From contig OZ251459.1 in the NCBI GenBank assembly GCA_965242525.1, forward strand, positions 2,720,001-2,784,000: a stretch of 64,000 nucleotides of DNA, written 5' to 3'. The translations under genes were made by a program, and so were the position numbers. The notes beneath the pieces are model-generated. The model saw only the letters and a program-made list of their open reading frames with translations. It searched no databases and was not told where the DNA came from. This document shows, one piece after another, positions 48,801 through 57,478 of this stretch; position 1 is the stretch's first letter, and every line of letters starts with the position of its first letter. Source of the stretch: an uncultured Candidatus Binatia bacterium. Its GTDB lineage: Bacteria > Desulfobacterota > Binatia > UBA9968 > JAJDTQ01.

Positions 48801-49034
48801 GAAGACAAACTCCCAGGTCAGCGGGCCACCGGAGAATTTCGCTCGTATGTGCTCGGCGGCCCAGAATACGAACCCTGCAGCCACGAAGTCTCTTCCCGAA
48901 CCAGCGCCGACGTTGGACCTCAGAGCCTCTGCCAGCTCGGCGAAGTTTTCCGGCGAACAGTCATAAGCGTGGAGAGGCCGGCCATCGGGTTCCGTCAATC
49001 CGCACTGGTTGATGATTTTGGATACCGCTTCCAT
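45816..49034 (-). CDS. druH: STY4851/ECs_5259-family protein; Druantia type III DruH-like
   Basis: 1072 aa; N-terminus PDGRPLHAYDC...FVFWAAE...LTW...GLAWW...FLYSLMAEGGIP matches my recollection of this family; 4-nt overlap with the druE start. Confidence 0.7.
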   Translation of the reverse strand: MEAVSKIINQCGLTEPDGRPLHAYDCSPENFAELAEALRSNVGAGSGRDFVAAGFVFWAAEHIRAKFSGGPLTWEFVFSAIDCPEDQGFGRQLTEKGLAWWDREIRVSDAGTRMFLYSLMAEGGIPEALLSSPGLYRDVVLGLLKEIEAEGGVAAESWSDRIAARWVVRLPQTFQYPDIARLLAGLALSLAALRADLPADLPEAATECWLNKHRDGWISCLPLRMTPKIAETLIHPALRAERESPSAVPGPLCKRELRRDETGAWHGYLALNDDGWLPASLFPDAEELRLRLLPTGTKSIDGLTYSAAPEGRGWRLRRFGAPGGVPFPFHPQEPFTLTAFADGRMKGEAVIDPGVPAPEEAPSFWRSVDRTEGTAAQRLTSLSSGGKTRAACLWLLTSPDVDPETDTGLRLEEPEIAPGGFLWRISGKGSLELGKRHYRIETDSEDEAPEARFTVSGKILRGWRLERDAPLYRGKIVFFGQIGASGLYRIPEHELQRTRGQLLFSEIVEWVRQGATLASFQLFRIPEDTHFELREASPGQVTLEAEGLESEWRVAMRAGGVETRDDVVGGAVKLSLKTQGMAPGLIDLRLSEPVTGAALNLQTPWPARSGMILDPEGERLLDNRPISVEGLYGWRVVVPETSRGDLQLQLKGRRAIALPVAGEGSLTAHRPLIEAMLAQGGPDAQVNLSLVVSGDESRRLEVRRYHERTVIEDGFLRVGLGRDASITPETTLASQLCKSQTFTFHAVDMGAPGRLRDDSGSSPASLHSLLGDTGGPWLIQPCLEGRVQRAVVWSPRPTPQISRDERIEIYAEEWRRLVSTPEDPEWERLSHLITAAGQRGDAGVLDEVQALAQVPKAAISMALRIHPYSNLWEIRALDTAAPIFWPTVPVTDFTEAVQADRKRILAKLSPFFEAQELEDEADRGLVKRIGQISTIMPELSGHFVWALMEADLFYRFILSPELQEMLKPLLLPNPGDRLTESAQDAVRRFDRLPSGVQGLEALHRPAKLCFNPYAQSVIDAPLVAAEMAAGRRAAPSVPEKLILINLRLVDPIYFDTALPAALHLLFAKEAHA

Positions 49035-49083
49035 GTGCCGGTCACCATTCAGAAACCGTCAGTGGTTTCGGGGATTCATCTAT

Positions 49084-49192
49084 GGAAACCCTGAACAATT
49101 CCGGCTTGAACTCCATCTCCCTGTGGGAAAGCGCGTCCTTCGACTTCGCTTCGCTACGCTCAGGACGAACGGGGTAATTGTTCAGGGTTTCC
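49084..49192. mobile_element. MITE-like element with perfect 17-bp terminal inverted repeats and one REP unit
   Basis: GGAAACCCTGAACAATT (49084-49100) ... AATTGTTCAGGGTTTCC (49176-49192), an exact reverse complement; internal reverse REP unit at ~49131-49174. Confidence 0.8.
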
Positions 49193-49300
49193 TTTACTCG
49201 ATTCTTCCAGGAAGATCCGTTTTGCAAATGCCTGAAGCTCGACCTTGGACCGTCGCAAGGGTGGGAAGATGGTGTAGGCTCGAAGGATTCCGGTCAACCG

Positions 49301-49528
49301 TCATCGGTCGAGATAGCTGGCCTTTGGTCCGGGTTCGGGTTCGCTGTCCTGGGGATCGGCGACCGGATGGCGATCTTCGTAGGGGAGGCCAAGCCGGTAT
49401 CCCGGTTTCCTGGCTCGCGGTAGATTGGCAAGCATTGCCTGGTTTTTCTCGAAGATCTCCTTCACGTGCGGGTTTGTTTCTAGAAGTGCATCGATGTCCA
49501 GCTTCTTCTTTGCCACTTTTACCCCCAT
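49301..49528 (-). CDS. Small hypothetical protein (75 aa) coupled to the protease gene
   Basis: ATG overlaps the last codons of the upstream protease ORF; same strand and same low-GC composition. Confidence 0.55.
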   Translation of the reverse strand: MGVKVAKKKLDIDALLETNPHVKEIFEKNQAMLANLPRARKPGYRLGLPYEDRHPVADPQDSEPEPGPKASYLDR

Positions 49529-50400
49529 TTTCGCCCGTCGAAGATTTTGCGGGTTTGAACCACACTCTGAAATTGCCTCTTGGTAGAGTAGTCCAGTGCA
49601 AGCTCGTGATAATTACGGACGGCGACTCTTAACGGACGGCTTTTTCCGAAGTCATCGATATGCAGTTTCAGTTCGCGCCGGAGGCGTTGCATATTGATTC
49701 CAATCCCGTGCGAATTCCATTTACGTGTATCGTTCAGCTTGTTTGCGATTTCGTTGGCCCGTTCTTTTCTCATCTGTTCCGTCACGGGCAACTTTCGCGT
49801 TTCTGTTTCCGTCCAATTCCTGAATTTGTATCTCGCCAACCACTCCTCCAGGAGTGCTACGGACAAGTCCCGGGCCTGACCATACGCGTACAACTCGCCT
49901 TGGTCGAAACTGAGCAATATCTGCAACTCCGCCGCGCCTGCCTGGCCGCGGTTGGCTTTATCCATGAGGTCTTCGTACCTCACGAGGTATCCAAGTGCGG
50001 GTACAAGCTGCCGCCCATCTTGACTGGGGACTTGTGGATCGACAGGGCCGAGCACCGAGTAGTAATCCATCCATATCGCATTTCCGGACAAGGCAAGGAT
50101 GGTCCCGGCAGACATGGCATGACTGGGTATGAGGAAATCGACTTCGCGATAGTGATGCCTCAGGGCGTCTGAAATGCGGCGAGCATCCTCGGCAAAACCA
50201 CCGGAAGTCTCGAGCACGAAAATGAGCTTCCTGCGCCGCTTGTCAAAATTTTCCACGGCATCTCGAATCCGGTCGTCGGCGCCAAACGCAATTTGCCCGC
50301 GATAGAAGAGGCAATCCGCGCCCATCTCGGTTTCGATTTTTACGAGCAAATCGGCCAAGTGCGCCTCTATGAGGAGATTGGCGTTCGCTGGAGGCGTCAT
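49519..50400 (-). CDS. SDH-family ClpP/crotonase-fold serine protease
   Basis: LETSGG, PSHAMSAGTILAL (catalytic Ser), LGPVDPQ, WNSHG; 293 aa from the ATG at 50400. Confidence 0.8.
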   Translation of the reverse strand: MTPPANANLLIEAHLADLLVKIETEMGADCLFYRGQIAFGADDRIRDAVENFDKRRRKLIFVLETSGGFAEDARRISDALRHHYREVDFLIPSHAMSAGTILALSGNAIWMDYYSVLGPVDPQVPSQDGRQLVPALGYLVRYEDLMDKANRGQAGAAELQILLSFDQGELYAYGQARDLSVALLEEWLARYKFRNWTETETRKLPVTEQMRKERANEIANKLNDTRKWNSHGIGINMQRLRRELKLHIDDFGKSRPLRVAVRNYHELALDYSTKRQFQSVVQTRKIFDGRKWG

Positions 50401-50447
50401 TTTGCGACCGGTGTGGGAACAACGCGCCGGTGGTCCCGAAGCGCCAG

Positions 50448-51548
50448 CTACGCGGCCCCCCGTCTTTCCAGGATGTGGGCCATGTCCACCTTGGCGCCGG
50501 AGCGTCCGCAGGCGTCCACGAACAGGTCGATGACGTCGTCGTCCTCGTCTTCGTGCTCGATCTGCCAGCCGCCCTGGTTGAGGGGCACGTCGGACTGGAT
50601 CTTGCCCGGCGCCAGCTTGAACATGCGGCTGAGCATCTTGAGGGCGAGGTAGCGGGCGGGTTGGGGGCCGGAGTTGAAGTGCTGGTGGAACCAGCCTTCC
50701 GGAGGCACCACCAGGGAACCGGGCTTCCAGACGAACTGCCGCTTCTCCTCGCCTTCCGGCCACATGAGCGAATAGCCTTCGCCGGAAAGGATCATCACGT
50801 GGGCGCCGGGTCCGTGGCGGTGCGCCTTCTTGTACCGTCCCACCGGGAACTCCGAGACGTGCGCTCCCATGTGGCTCGCCACCAGCTCGAAGAAGACCGT
50901 GCGGCTTCCCTTGCCCCGCTCCTCCCATGCGATGGGCTCGATGTGGGCCACGTCGGGGATGAAATTGGTCTCCAGCACCCGGTCGTTGTACAGGCGCGCG
51001 TGGCCGCGGAAGTCCCGGTGGTCGTCGAAGCGGTCCCTGAAGGCGTAGGGGTTGTTCATGACGAAGTCTTCGTTGTGGAAGATGTTGTGGACCAGCGGCG
51101 CGTTGGTGACCCCCAGGAGCTTGGCCTCCCGGTCGCCCTGGCCGTTGAAGTGCTGGTAGGTGGCGTTGACGGGGATGGCGAACAGGCTTCCCTCCTGCCA
51201 CTCGAAGCTCTGGCCCTTGCCGCCGCCCTGCCACAGGGTGGTGGCGCCCCGGCCCGAGAGCACATAGACCAGCTCCTCGTACAGGTGCTTCTCCGGGTTG
51301 AGGCCCTTGCCCGGCGGGATGGACACCACGAAGGCGTCGTCCAGGTAGCCGGCCCCTTCCAGGTTGATATAGACGCCGTGGCCGCCCTTGCGGTCCCACC
51401 ACTTCATCGGCGCCTCCTTGAGGTCTTCGACGAAGTAGCCCCGGACGACGTCCACCCCCTGGGCCTCCACCCAGCGGTCGTAGGGCGTGTCCATCACTTC
51501 GGCGTTCCGGTCCACGCGCTCGAAGTTGCCGAGACTTTCGATCTTCAT
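50448..51548 (-). CDS. Bicupin protein (gentisate 1,2-dioxygenase-like fold)
   Basis: EKHLYEELVYVLSGRG...YQHFN and KAHRHGPGAH...WFHQHFN cupin motifs. Confidence 0.8.
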   Translation of the reverse strand: MKIESLGNFERVDRNAEVMDTPYDRWVEAQGVDVVRGYFVEDLKEAPMKWWDRKGGHGVYINLEGAGYLDDAFVVSIPPGKGLNPEKHLYEELVYVLSGRGATTLWQGGGKGQSFEWQEGSLFAIPVNATYQHFNGQGDREAKLLGVTNAPLVHNIFHNEDFVMNNPYAFRDRFDDHRDFRGHARLYNDRVLETNFIPDVAHIEPIAWEERGKGSRTVFFELVASHMGAHVSEFPVGRYKKAHRHGPGAHVMILSGEGYSLMWPEGEEKRQFVWKPGSLVVPPEGWFHQHFNSGPQPARYLALKMLSRMFKLAPGKIQSDVPLNQGGWQIEHEDEDDDVIDLFVDACGRSGAKVDMAHILERRGAA

Positions 51549-51588
51549 TCCGTCCCTCCGCAGACCGGCCGCCGCCCGGCTCTTCCGC

Positions 51589-52542
51589 TCACGGGTTGGC
51601 GTCCATGGACTCCGCGTCCATGGGCTTCGCGTCGGCGGTCCCGCCGGCAGCCATGGCGTCTTGCGGCGGGTCCATTTGCGAGCTGCCCAGGTGGCGGAAC
51701 AGCCGCGAACCTTCCGACAGGATGGCGGTGCTCTTCTCCGGCAGGAACTTCTCGTAGGCTTCGAGACTGCGGACGAAGCTGTAGAAGTCGGGGTCCTGTC
51801 CGTAGGATGCGGCGTAGATGGCCGTGGCCTCGCCGTCGCCCTCGCCGCGGAGCTTCTGGCTCGTCCGATAGGCCTCCGCCAGCAGTATGGTCTTTTCCTT
51901 GTTGGTCCGGGCGCGGATCTTCTTCGACTCCTCCTCGCCCTCCGAGCGGTAGCGCTTGGCGATGCGCTCGCGCTCCGCCCGCATGCGCTCGAACACGCTC
52001 GCCTGCACCTCGGAAGGGAGGTCCGCCCGCTTGACGCGGACGTCCACCACCACCACGCCGTACTCGCTCTTGGCCTTCTCGGCCGAACGTTTGGCCACCG
52101 CCTCCATGGCCGCTTCCCGCTGGGCCGCGATGATTTCGGCGAAGTTCCGCGAGGCCAGTTCCTGGCGCAACTCGGAGAACACGATGTCGTCCAGCAGCAA
52201 CCGGCCGCGCTGCTCGGTGAGGGCGGTCTTGAAGAACTGCAAGGGGTCGTCGATGCGCCACCGGGTCACGTGGTCCACCACCACGCGCTTCTTGTCCAGG
52301 GTCAGGTAGTCCCTGGGCTGGGCGTCGCTGGCGAGGATGCGCCGCTCATAGGTGGTGATGTCTTCCACCAGCGGCGTCTTCCAGTGGAGCCCGGGCTCGC
52401 GCACCGCGCGCTTGAACCTGCCGAACTGGGTGACGATGGCCTGTTGCCATTCGCCCACCACGAAGAACGGGCGGACGGGCGGGAACAGCAGGACCACCAC
52501 GACCGCGCCGACCAGGATTCCGACGATGTAGGACCGGTTCAT
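51589..52542 (-). CDS. hflC: FtsH modulator HflC
   Basis: N-terminal TM helix, SPFH domain; QAIVTQFG, DVRVKRADLP, FERMRAER, FYSFVRSLEAY. Confidence 0.93.
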   Translation of the reverse strand: MNRSYIVGILVGAVVVVLLFPPVRPFFVVGEWQQAIVTQFGRFKRAVREPGLHWKTPLVEDITTYERRILASDAQPRDYLTLDKKRVVVDHVTRWRIDDPLQFFKTALTEQRGRLLLDDIVFSELRQELASRNFAEIIAAQREAAMEAVAKRSAEKAKSEYGVVVVDVRVKRADLPSEVQASVFERMRAERERIAKRYRSEGEEESKKIRARTNKEKTILLAEAYRTSQKLRGEGDGEATAIYAASYGQDPDFYSFVRSLEAYEKFLPEKSTAILSEGSRLFRHLGSSQMDPPQDAMAAGGTADAKPMDAESMDANP

Positions 52543-53576
52543 CAGTTGCCTCCCGTTCCCGGAAACCCCGCCATGCCCTTCAACGGCAGCAGCGGCACCA
52601 CGTTCTGCGCCCCCTGCGAATCGACGATGACCTTGTCCACGTTGGGGAGCACCCGCTCGATGGCTTCCAGGTGCATCCTCTCCCGCGTCACCCGGGGCGC
52701 CTTGCGGTATTCTTCCAGCACCGCGTTGAACCGGGCCCCGTCGCCCTTGGCCCTCAACGTGCGCTCCTGCTTGTAGGCCTCGGCCCCCTGGACGATCTCC
52801 TGGACCTCGCCCCGGGCCTTGGGGATGAGGTCTTCCCGGTAGCCGCGGGCCTGGTTGATGAGCTTCTCCCGGTCCTCACGCGCCCGCACCACCTCGTCGA
52901 AGGCGTCCTTCACCTGGCTCGGGGCCTCCACCGTCTGCAACTTGACCTCGGTGATCTGGATGCCCGACTGGTAGGTGTCCATGAGCTGCTGCAGGAACTC
53001 CTGGGTCTCGTTCTGCACCCGGTCCCGCCCCACCGTGAGCACCTCCTCGATGGTGGTGTTGCCGACCCGGCTGCGCAGCGCCACCTCGGTGGCCGCCTGG
53101 AGCGTGTTCACCGGGTCCCGCAACTGGAACAGGAACTTCTCGGGGTTCCTGACGCGGTATTGCACCGTGAGCTGCGCGCTGACGATGTTCTCGTCCCCTG
53201 TGAGCATCAGGGACTCCGCGGGAATGAGCCGCACCAGGTTCGGCCGCAGCGGGTTGCTGCGGAACCCCACCTCCAACCGGCGGATCTCCGCCACGTTGAC
53301 CTTCCGCAACTCCTCGATGGGCCAGGGGATGCGGTAGTTGAGGCCCGCGGTGGAGATGCGCGCGACCTTGCCGAACCGCGTCACCACCCCTTCCTCGCCG
53401 GGCTGGATGGTATAGACCCCGCTGGCCAGCCAGATGACGACGATGGCCCCGGCGATGAGGAAAGGCACCCCCGACTTCAGGAAACCGGGCAACTCCGGCA
53501 ACCGGGAGAGGATGTCGTCCCAATCCGGTCCGCTCTGCCGCCGTCGCCCCCAAGGCCCCTCGGATCCGCTTTGCAT
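52542..53576 (-). CDS. hflK: FtsH modulator HflK
   Basis: GVVTRFG, MLTGDENI, AFDEVVRARED, IPKARG, APRVTRERM. Confidence 0.93.
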   Translation of the reverse strand: MQSGSEGPWGRRRQSGPDWDDILSRLPELPGFLKSGVPFLIAGAIVVIWLASGVYTIQPGEEGVVTRFGKVARISTAGLNYRIPWPIEELRKVNVAEIRRLEVGFRSNPLRPNLVRLIPAESLMLTGDENIVSAQLTVQYRVRNPEKFLFQLRDPVNTLQAATEVALRSRVGNTTIEEVLTVGRDRVQNETQEFLQQLMDTYQSGIQITEVKLQTVEAPSQVKDAFDEVVRAREDREKLINQARGYREDLIPKARGEVQEIVQGAEAYKQERTLRAKGDGARFNAVLEEYRKAPRVTRERMHLEAIERVLPNVDKVIVDSQGAQNVVPLLPLKGMAGFPGTGGN

Positions 53577-53623
53577 GAAAAGCTCCTTTGTCTGCCGGCC
53601 GCGGCCGGTCGTTTCCTCTCAGG

Positions 53624-53651
53624 ACTCTACCATTGCCCGCCGGGGTGTCAA
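53624..53651 (-). promoter_or_regulatory. Putative sigma70 promoter of hflKC
   Basis: Minus strand TTGACA-N16-TAGAGT. Confidence 0.45.
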
Positions 53652-54583
53652 GCAACGCCCCTGGGAGGGGGAGCTTCGTCCCGCGGCGGTATCCTCGCGG
53701 TGAGCCAGTACCACTGGTCGGGATAGCGGCGAACCAGGTCTTCCAGACGCTCCATGAAGCGGTCCGTGTTGACCTGGACATCCCGGCGCAGGTCGCCGGT
53801 GCGGACCATCTCCATCTCTTCCTCGACCACGAGCTCCAGTCCGCCGTCATAGCCCCGGACGAGGTACACAGGAAGCACCGCGGCCCCGGAGCGGATGGCT
53901 AGGCTTGCGGCGCCGCGGGACGACCGCACCGGCCGGCCGAACAGCCGGGTTTCGAGCTCGCCGCGTTTGAGGCTGTCCCCGAGGATCAGCACCACCTCGT
54001 TGCCCCTGAGCACGGCCAGGATCTTCCTCACTGCGTCCCGGGCGGGTATGGACGGGATGAGGCCGGCAAAGAACCGTCGGCTGTGGTCCAGCACCAGTTC
54101 CATGAACCTTTCGTCCTCCAGGAAACGGAACAGGCAGTGCACCGTGTAACCCCGGAGTCCCAGGGCGGCGCCCAGGAGCAGGAAGTTGCCGAAGTGGAAC
54201 CCCAGGGCGACCACGCCCCGGCCCCGGCGGAGGGCCGCGTCCAGATGCTCGAGTCCACGGACGCGAACCATGCCGCGCAGCCGTTCCGGGTGTCCCACAT
54301 GGACGAGGCAATCGACGATGCCGTCCGCGCATTGCCGTTGCGCCCCCTTGGCCAGCCCCCGCTTGGTTGCCGGAGCGCAGGATTCGCCGAACGCGGCGTC
54401 CATGACCGCGGTCATGCGCCTGCGGGAGACGGCAAGGGAGACGAAGGTCCTGACCACCGGCCGGGCCAGGCGTCCGAACCGTTCCGCGGACATCCTTCGC
54501 AGGAGCCGGAGCAGCACGCGGGCGAGGCCCGCGCAGACGCGGAAGAACAGGGCGCGCGGGCGGTGGCGCGTGGGTGGCGGCAT
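53648..54583 (-). CDS. Lipid A lauroyl/lysophospholipid acyltransferase family
   Basis: GLEHL, GRGVV, HFGNF, ILGD, LFGRP, YPDQWYW. Confidence 0.82.
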   Translation of the reverse strand: MPPPTRHRPRALFFRVCAGLARVLLRLLRRMSAERFGRLARPVVRTFVSLAVSRRRMTAVMDAAFGESCAPATKRGLAKGAQRQCADGIVDCLVHVGHPERLRGMVRVRGLEHLDAALRRGRGVVALGFHFGNFLLLGAALGLRGYTVHCLFRFLEDERFMELVLDHSRRFFAGLIPSIPARDAVRKILAVLRGNEVVLILGDSLKRGELETRLFGRPVRSSRGAASLAIRSGAAVLPVYLVRGYDGGLELVVEEEMEMVRTGDLRRDVQVNTDRFMERLEDLVRRYPDQWYWLTARIPPRDEAPPPRGVA

Positions 54584-54590
54584 GGCAAAA

Positions 54591-54698
54591 CGTTCGTCCC
54601 GCGTAGCGAAGCCTCCCCGTTCCGTTCGTCCCGAGCGAAGCGAAGCCTCCCCGTTCGTCCTGAGCGTAGCGAAGCGAAGTCGAAGGACGCCCTTTCCC
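54591..54698 (+). repeat. Three tandem REP-like units
   Basis: CGTTCGTCCC..GCGTAGCGAAGC variants x3, ending GAAGTCGAAGGACGCCCTTTCCC. Confidence 0.85.
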
Positions 54699-54881
54699 AA
54701 GGGAGAGCCGGCATCGAGCGGACGTTCCTCAAGTTGACACACGAGAAGGGAGACGGCAACGCCTCCGGCCGCCGCGGGCGCCCCACAGGTCTCGCCGAGG
54801 AGTCGGAGGACCGCGTGCAACCCGCGGCGCGGCCCGTCGCTGCCAGCCGCCGCCGCGAGCCTCGACCCGCGCTGCACCACG

Positions 54882-54911
54882 TTGACAGGCCGCGGCGCCG
54901 TGTGATAGCTT
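54882..54911 (+). promoter_or_regulatory. Putative sigma70 promoter of the tctC-like gene
   Basis: TTGACA-N18-TAGCTT with an extended TG. Confidence 0.45.
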
Positions 54912-54965
54912 GGCGGTTCCTCTGCCAAGGTGTTCCAATAACTCTAGCGTTTTCGGGAGGTTGAC

Positions 54966-55943
54966 ATGATACACCGGTATGTCTTCGCGGTGCTTGGGGT
55001 CATGTTCCTGGTCTTGGCCGCGGCGTCTGGCGCCTTGGCGGCCAAGGACGACAAGTTTCCCAGCAAGACCATCACGTGGCTCATCAACGCCAGCCCGGGA
55101 GGCGGGTTCGACCTGCACAGCCGTGCGGTGGCCCGGGTCATGAGGAAGGAGCTCGGGGTCAACATCATCATCAAGAACGTGCCGGGCGCGGGAGGCGTGA
55201 TCTCCTGGAACCTGCTGAGCGCGGCCAAGCCGGACGGCTACACCATCGGCATCGTCAACCTGCCCGGGGCCATCATCAGCGAGCTGTTCCGCGAGACGCA
55301 ATACAAACTCAAGGAGTTCAGTTGGATCGGCCGCATCTCCGCGGCGCCGTACATCTGGGCCGCGGGAAAACAGTACGGGCTCCGCACCCTGGACGACTTC
55401 CGGAAGGCCAAGGAAGTGCTCATCACCGAGTCGGGGGTGGGCACCACCGGCTGGGTCAACGCGGCGCTCACGGCCGCCACCCTGAAGTTCAACCCCAAGT
55501 TCATCATGGGCTACGGCGGCGCGCCCGCGGCCAACATGGCCATCGTGCGCGGCGAGGGGCACGCCCGGGCCTTGGGGCTGGACTCCCCGGGCCAGATGGC
55601 CTTCATCAAGGACGGTTCCATGGTCCCCACGTGGGTCTATCTCAAGAAGCGCGACCTCCGGCATCCGGACGTGCCCACCGTGGGCGAGCTGGGCTATCCG
55701 CAACTGAGCGTGCTGGCGGCCAACCGCGTGGTGGCCGCTCCCCCGGGAATGCCCAAGGACCGCATGGCGACCCTCATCGCGGCGTTCCGCGCGTCCATCG
55801 AGAGCCCCGAGACCCAGGAGGCCTTCAAGGGCATGAGAGCCAAGACCGCGCCTATCTACGGGGACGACTGGCTGCCCGAGATGCAGACCATGTTCGACTT
55901 GATCGAGGCCAACGCAGACGTGTTCCGGAAGGCCTTGAAGTAG
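54966..55943 (+). CDS. Tripartite tricarboxylate transporter substrate-binding protein (TctC/Bug)
   Basis: Signal peptide; FPSKTI, PGGGFD, NVPGAGG, KPDGYT, PDVPTVGELGY, APPGMP. Confidence 0.9.
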   Translation: MIHRYVFAVLGVMFLVLAAASGALAAKDDKFPSKTITWLINASPGGGFDLHSRAVARVMRKELGVNIIIKNVPGAGGVISWNLLSAAKPDGYTIGIVNLPGAIISELFRETQYKLKEFSWIGRISAAPYIWAAGKQYGLRTLDDFRKAKEVLITESGVGTTGWVNAALTAATLKFNPKFIMGYGGAPAANMAIVRGEGHARALGLDSPGQMAFIKDGSMVPTWVYLKKRDLRHPDVPTVGELGYPQLSVLAANRVVAAPPGMPKDRMATLIAAFRASIESPETQEAFKGMRAKTAPIYGDDWLPEMQTMFDLIEANADVFRKALK

Positions 55944-55976
55944 GCTGTCCTCGGGGTTCCTCCCCGTCCATGGCGG

Positions 55977-56010
55977 AAAGGGGCAAGTCCGATGGGGGCC
56001 TGCCCCTTTT
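55977..56010 (+). terminator. Intrinsic terminator
   Basis: AAAGGGGCA...TGCCCCTTTT stem downstream of tctC. Confidence 0.6.
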
Positions 56011-56092
56011 CGCTGCCGGCGGCAATGCTGCTAACATACCGCCGTTCGACCACAGGGTGTCGTTCGACCACGAGGTTCCGAAGGAGGAGTTC

Positions 56093-56527
56093 ATGAAGAT
56101 CGAGGGGAGTCATCAGTTCAACGCGCCGCGCGAACGCATCTGGGAGATCCTGCAAGATCCCCAGGTCATGGCCCAGTGCATGCCCGGGTGCGAGAGCATG
56201 GAGGAGATCGGCCCGGACCAGTACGAGGCCACGGTCAAGGTGGGCATCGCGGCCGTCAAGGGCAGTTACAAGGCCAAGGTGGCCATCAAGGACAAGCAGG
56301 CTCCCAGCCACTACGTGCTGAGCGGCCAGGGCTCCGGCGGCCCGGGCTTCATGCAGGGCGACCTGGTCATCGACCTGGAGGAGAACGGCGACTCCGGCAC
56401 CACTCTGCGCTACAGCACGGACGCCAAGATCGGCGGGTTGATCGCCGGCGTGGGCCAGCGAATGCTGGGCGGTGTGGGCAAGATGATGGTGGACCAGTTC
56501 TTCAAGAAGATGGAAGGGTTCGTCTAG
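56093..56527 (+). CDS. coxG: CoxG / SRPBCC-family protein
   Basis: CMPGCE, KVGIAAVKG, GGLIAGVGQRM, QFF; RBS GGAGG. Confidence 0.85.
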   Translation: MKIEGSHQFNAPRERIWEILQDPQVMAQCMPGCESMEEIGPDQYEATVKVGIAAVKGSYKAKVAIKDKQAPSHYVLSGQGSGGPGFMQGDLVIDLEENGDSGTTLRYSTDAKIGGLIAGVGQRMLGGVGKMMVDQFFKKMEGFV

Positions 56528-56747
56528 CGGCCGCGTCATGGGCGTCCTTTCACCGGATGTTCGTAATCCCCGCCGAACCCATTGCGGCGCTCATGGAGAG
56601 GGAAGATGGGCAGGCGTATCGGTCTGACACGGTCATCGAATCTGGACCGGCTGCTTGACTGCCGACCCGTCCGGGGGAATAATCATGAAACGCGAGCGGG
56701 CGCCGCGCCGTCGAGGCGGGGCGCGCTCGTCCAGGGAGGATCCGCCT

Positions 56748-57464
56748 ATGCCCGTCTGGGACGACATCCTGACCGACCGTGACAAGGAAGTGTTCGCCCT
56801 TTCCGGTTACGGCCAGCACGCGGGGTTCGGCCAGCGTCCGGCCGTGCTCGTCATCGACGTGAACTACAACTTCGTCGGCGACCGGCGGGAGCCGATCCTC
56901 GAATCCGTCAAACGCTTCCGCAACAGTTGCGGCGAGGAGGGATGGGTCGGGGTCGATCACACGGTGGAGCTCCTGGCGGAGGCCCGGAAGAAGCGGCTGC
57001 CGATCTTCTATACCACCGGCCACGGCGAGGAAGAGTCCGTCGCCTTCGGCCGCTGGCACGGCAAGAACCGGCGGGGCGCCGAGGACTTTTCCGAGCTGGC
57101 CCGGAAGGGCAACGAGATCGTCGCGGAGATCGCCCCCCGGCAGGGCGACGTGGTGGTGCGCAAGCAGAAGCCCAGCGCCTTCTTCGGCACCGCGCTCATG
57201 AGCATGTTGAACGAGTTGCACGCGGACAGCGTGCTGGTGACCGGGACCACCACCAGCGGCTGTGTCCGGGCCACGGTCATCGACGCGTTCTCCTACAACT
57301 TCGGCGTCAGCGTGGTGGAGGAATGCACCTTCGACCGGGGCCAAGCCTCCCACAAGATCAACCTCTTCGACATGAACATGAAGTACGCGGACGTGGTGTC
57401 GCTGGAGGAGACCGTGGATTACATCCGGGGCCTGCCCGACAACCTCTTCGCTCCGCCGCTCTGA
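56748..57464 (+). CDS. Isochorismatase/cysteine hydrolase (N-carbamoylsarcosine/maleamate amidase-like)
   Basis: GFGQRPAVLVID, KPSAFFGT, GTTTSGCVRATVIDA. Confidence 0.87.
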   Translation: MPVWDDILTDRDKEVFALSGYGQHAGFGQRPAVLVIDVNYNFVGDRREPILESVKRFRNSCGEEGWVGVDHTVELLAEARKKRLPIFYTTGHGEEESVAFGRWHGKNRRGAEDFSELARKGNEIVAEIAPRQGDVVVRKQKPSAFFGTALMSMLNELHADSVLVTGTTTSGCVRATVIDAFSYNFGVSVVEECTFDRGQASHKINLFDMNMKYADVVSLEETVDYIRGLPDNLFAPPL

Positions 57465-57478
57465 GCGCCGCGCGCAGC

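Noticed and set aside
37900-50450. Prophage or ICE
   Set aside because: No integrase, structural, replication or conjugation genes in the low-GC block.
56043-56072. Short direct repeat CGTTCGACCAC x2 before coxG
   Set aside because: Only two 11-bp copies; it could be an operator but is too weak to call.
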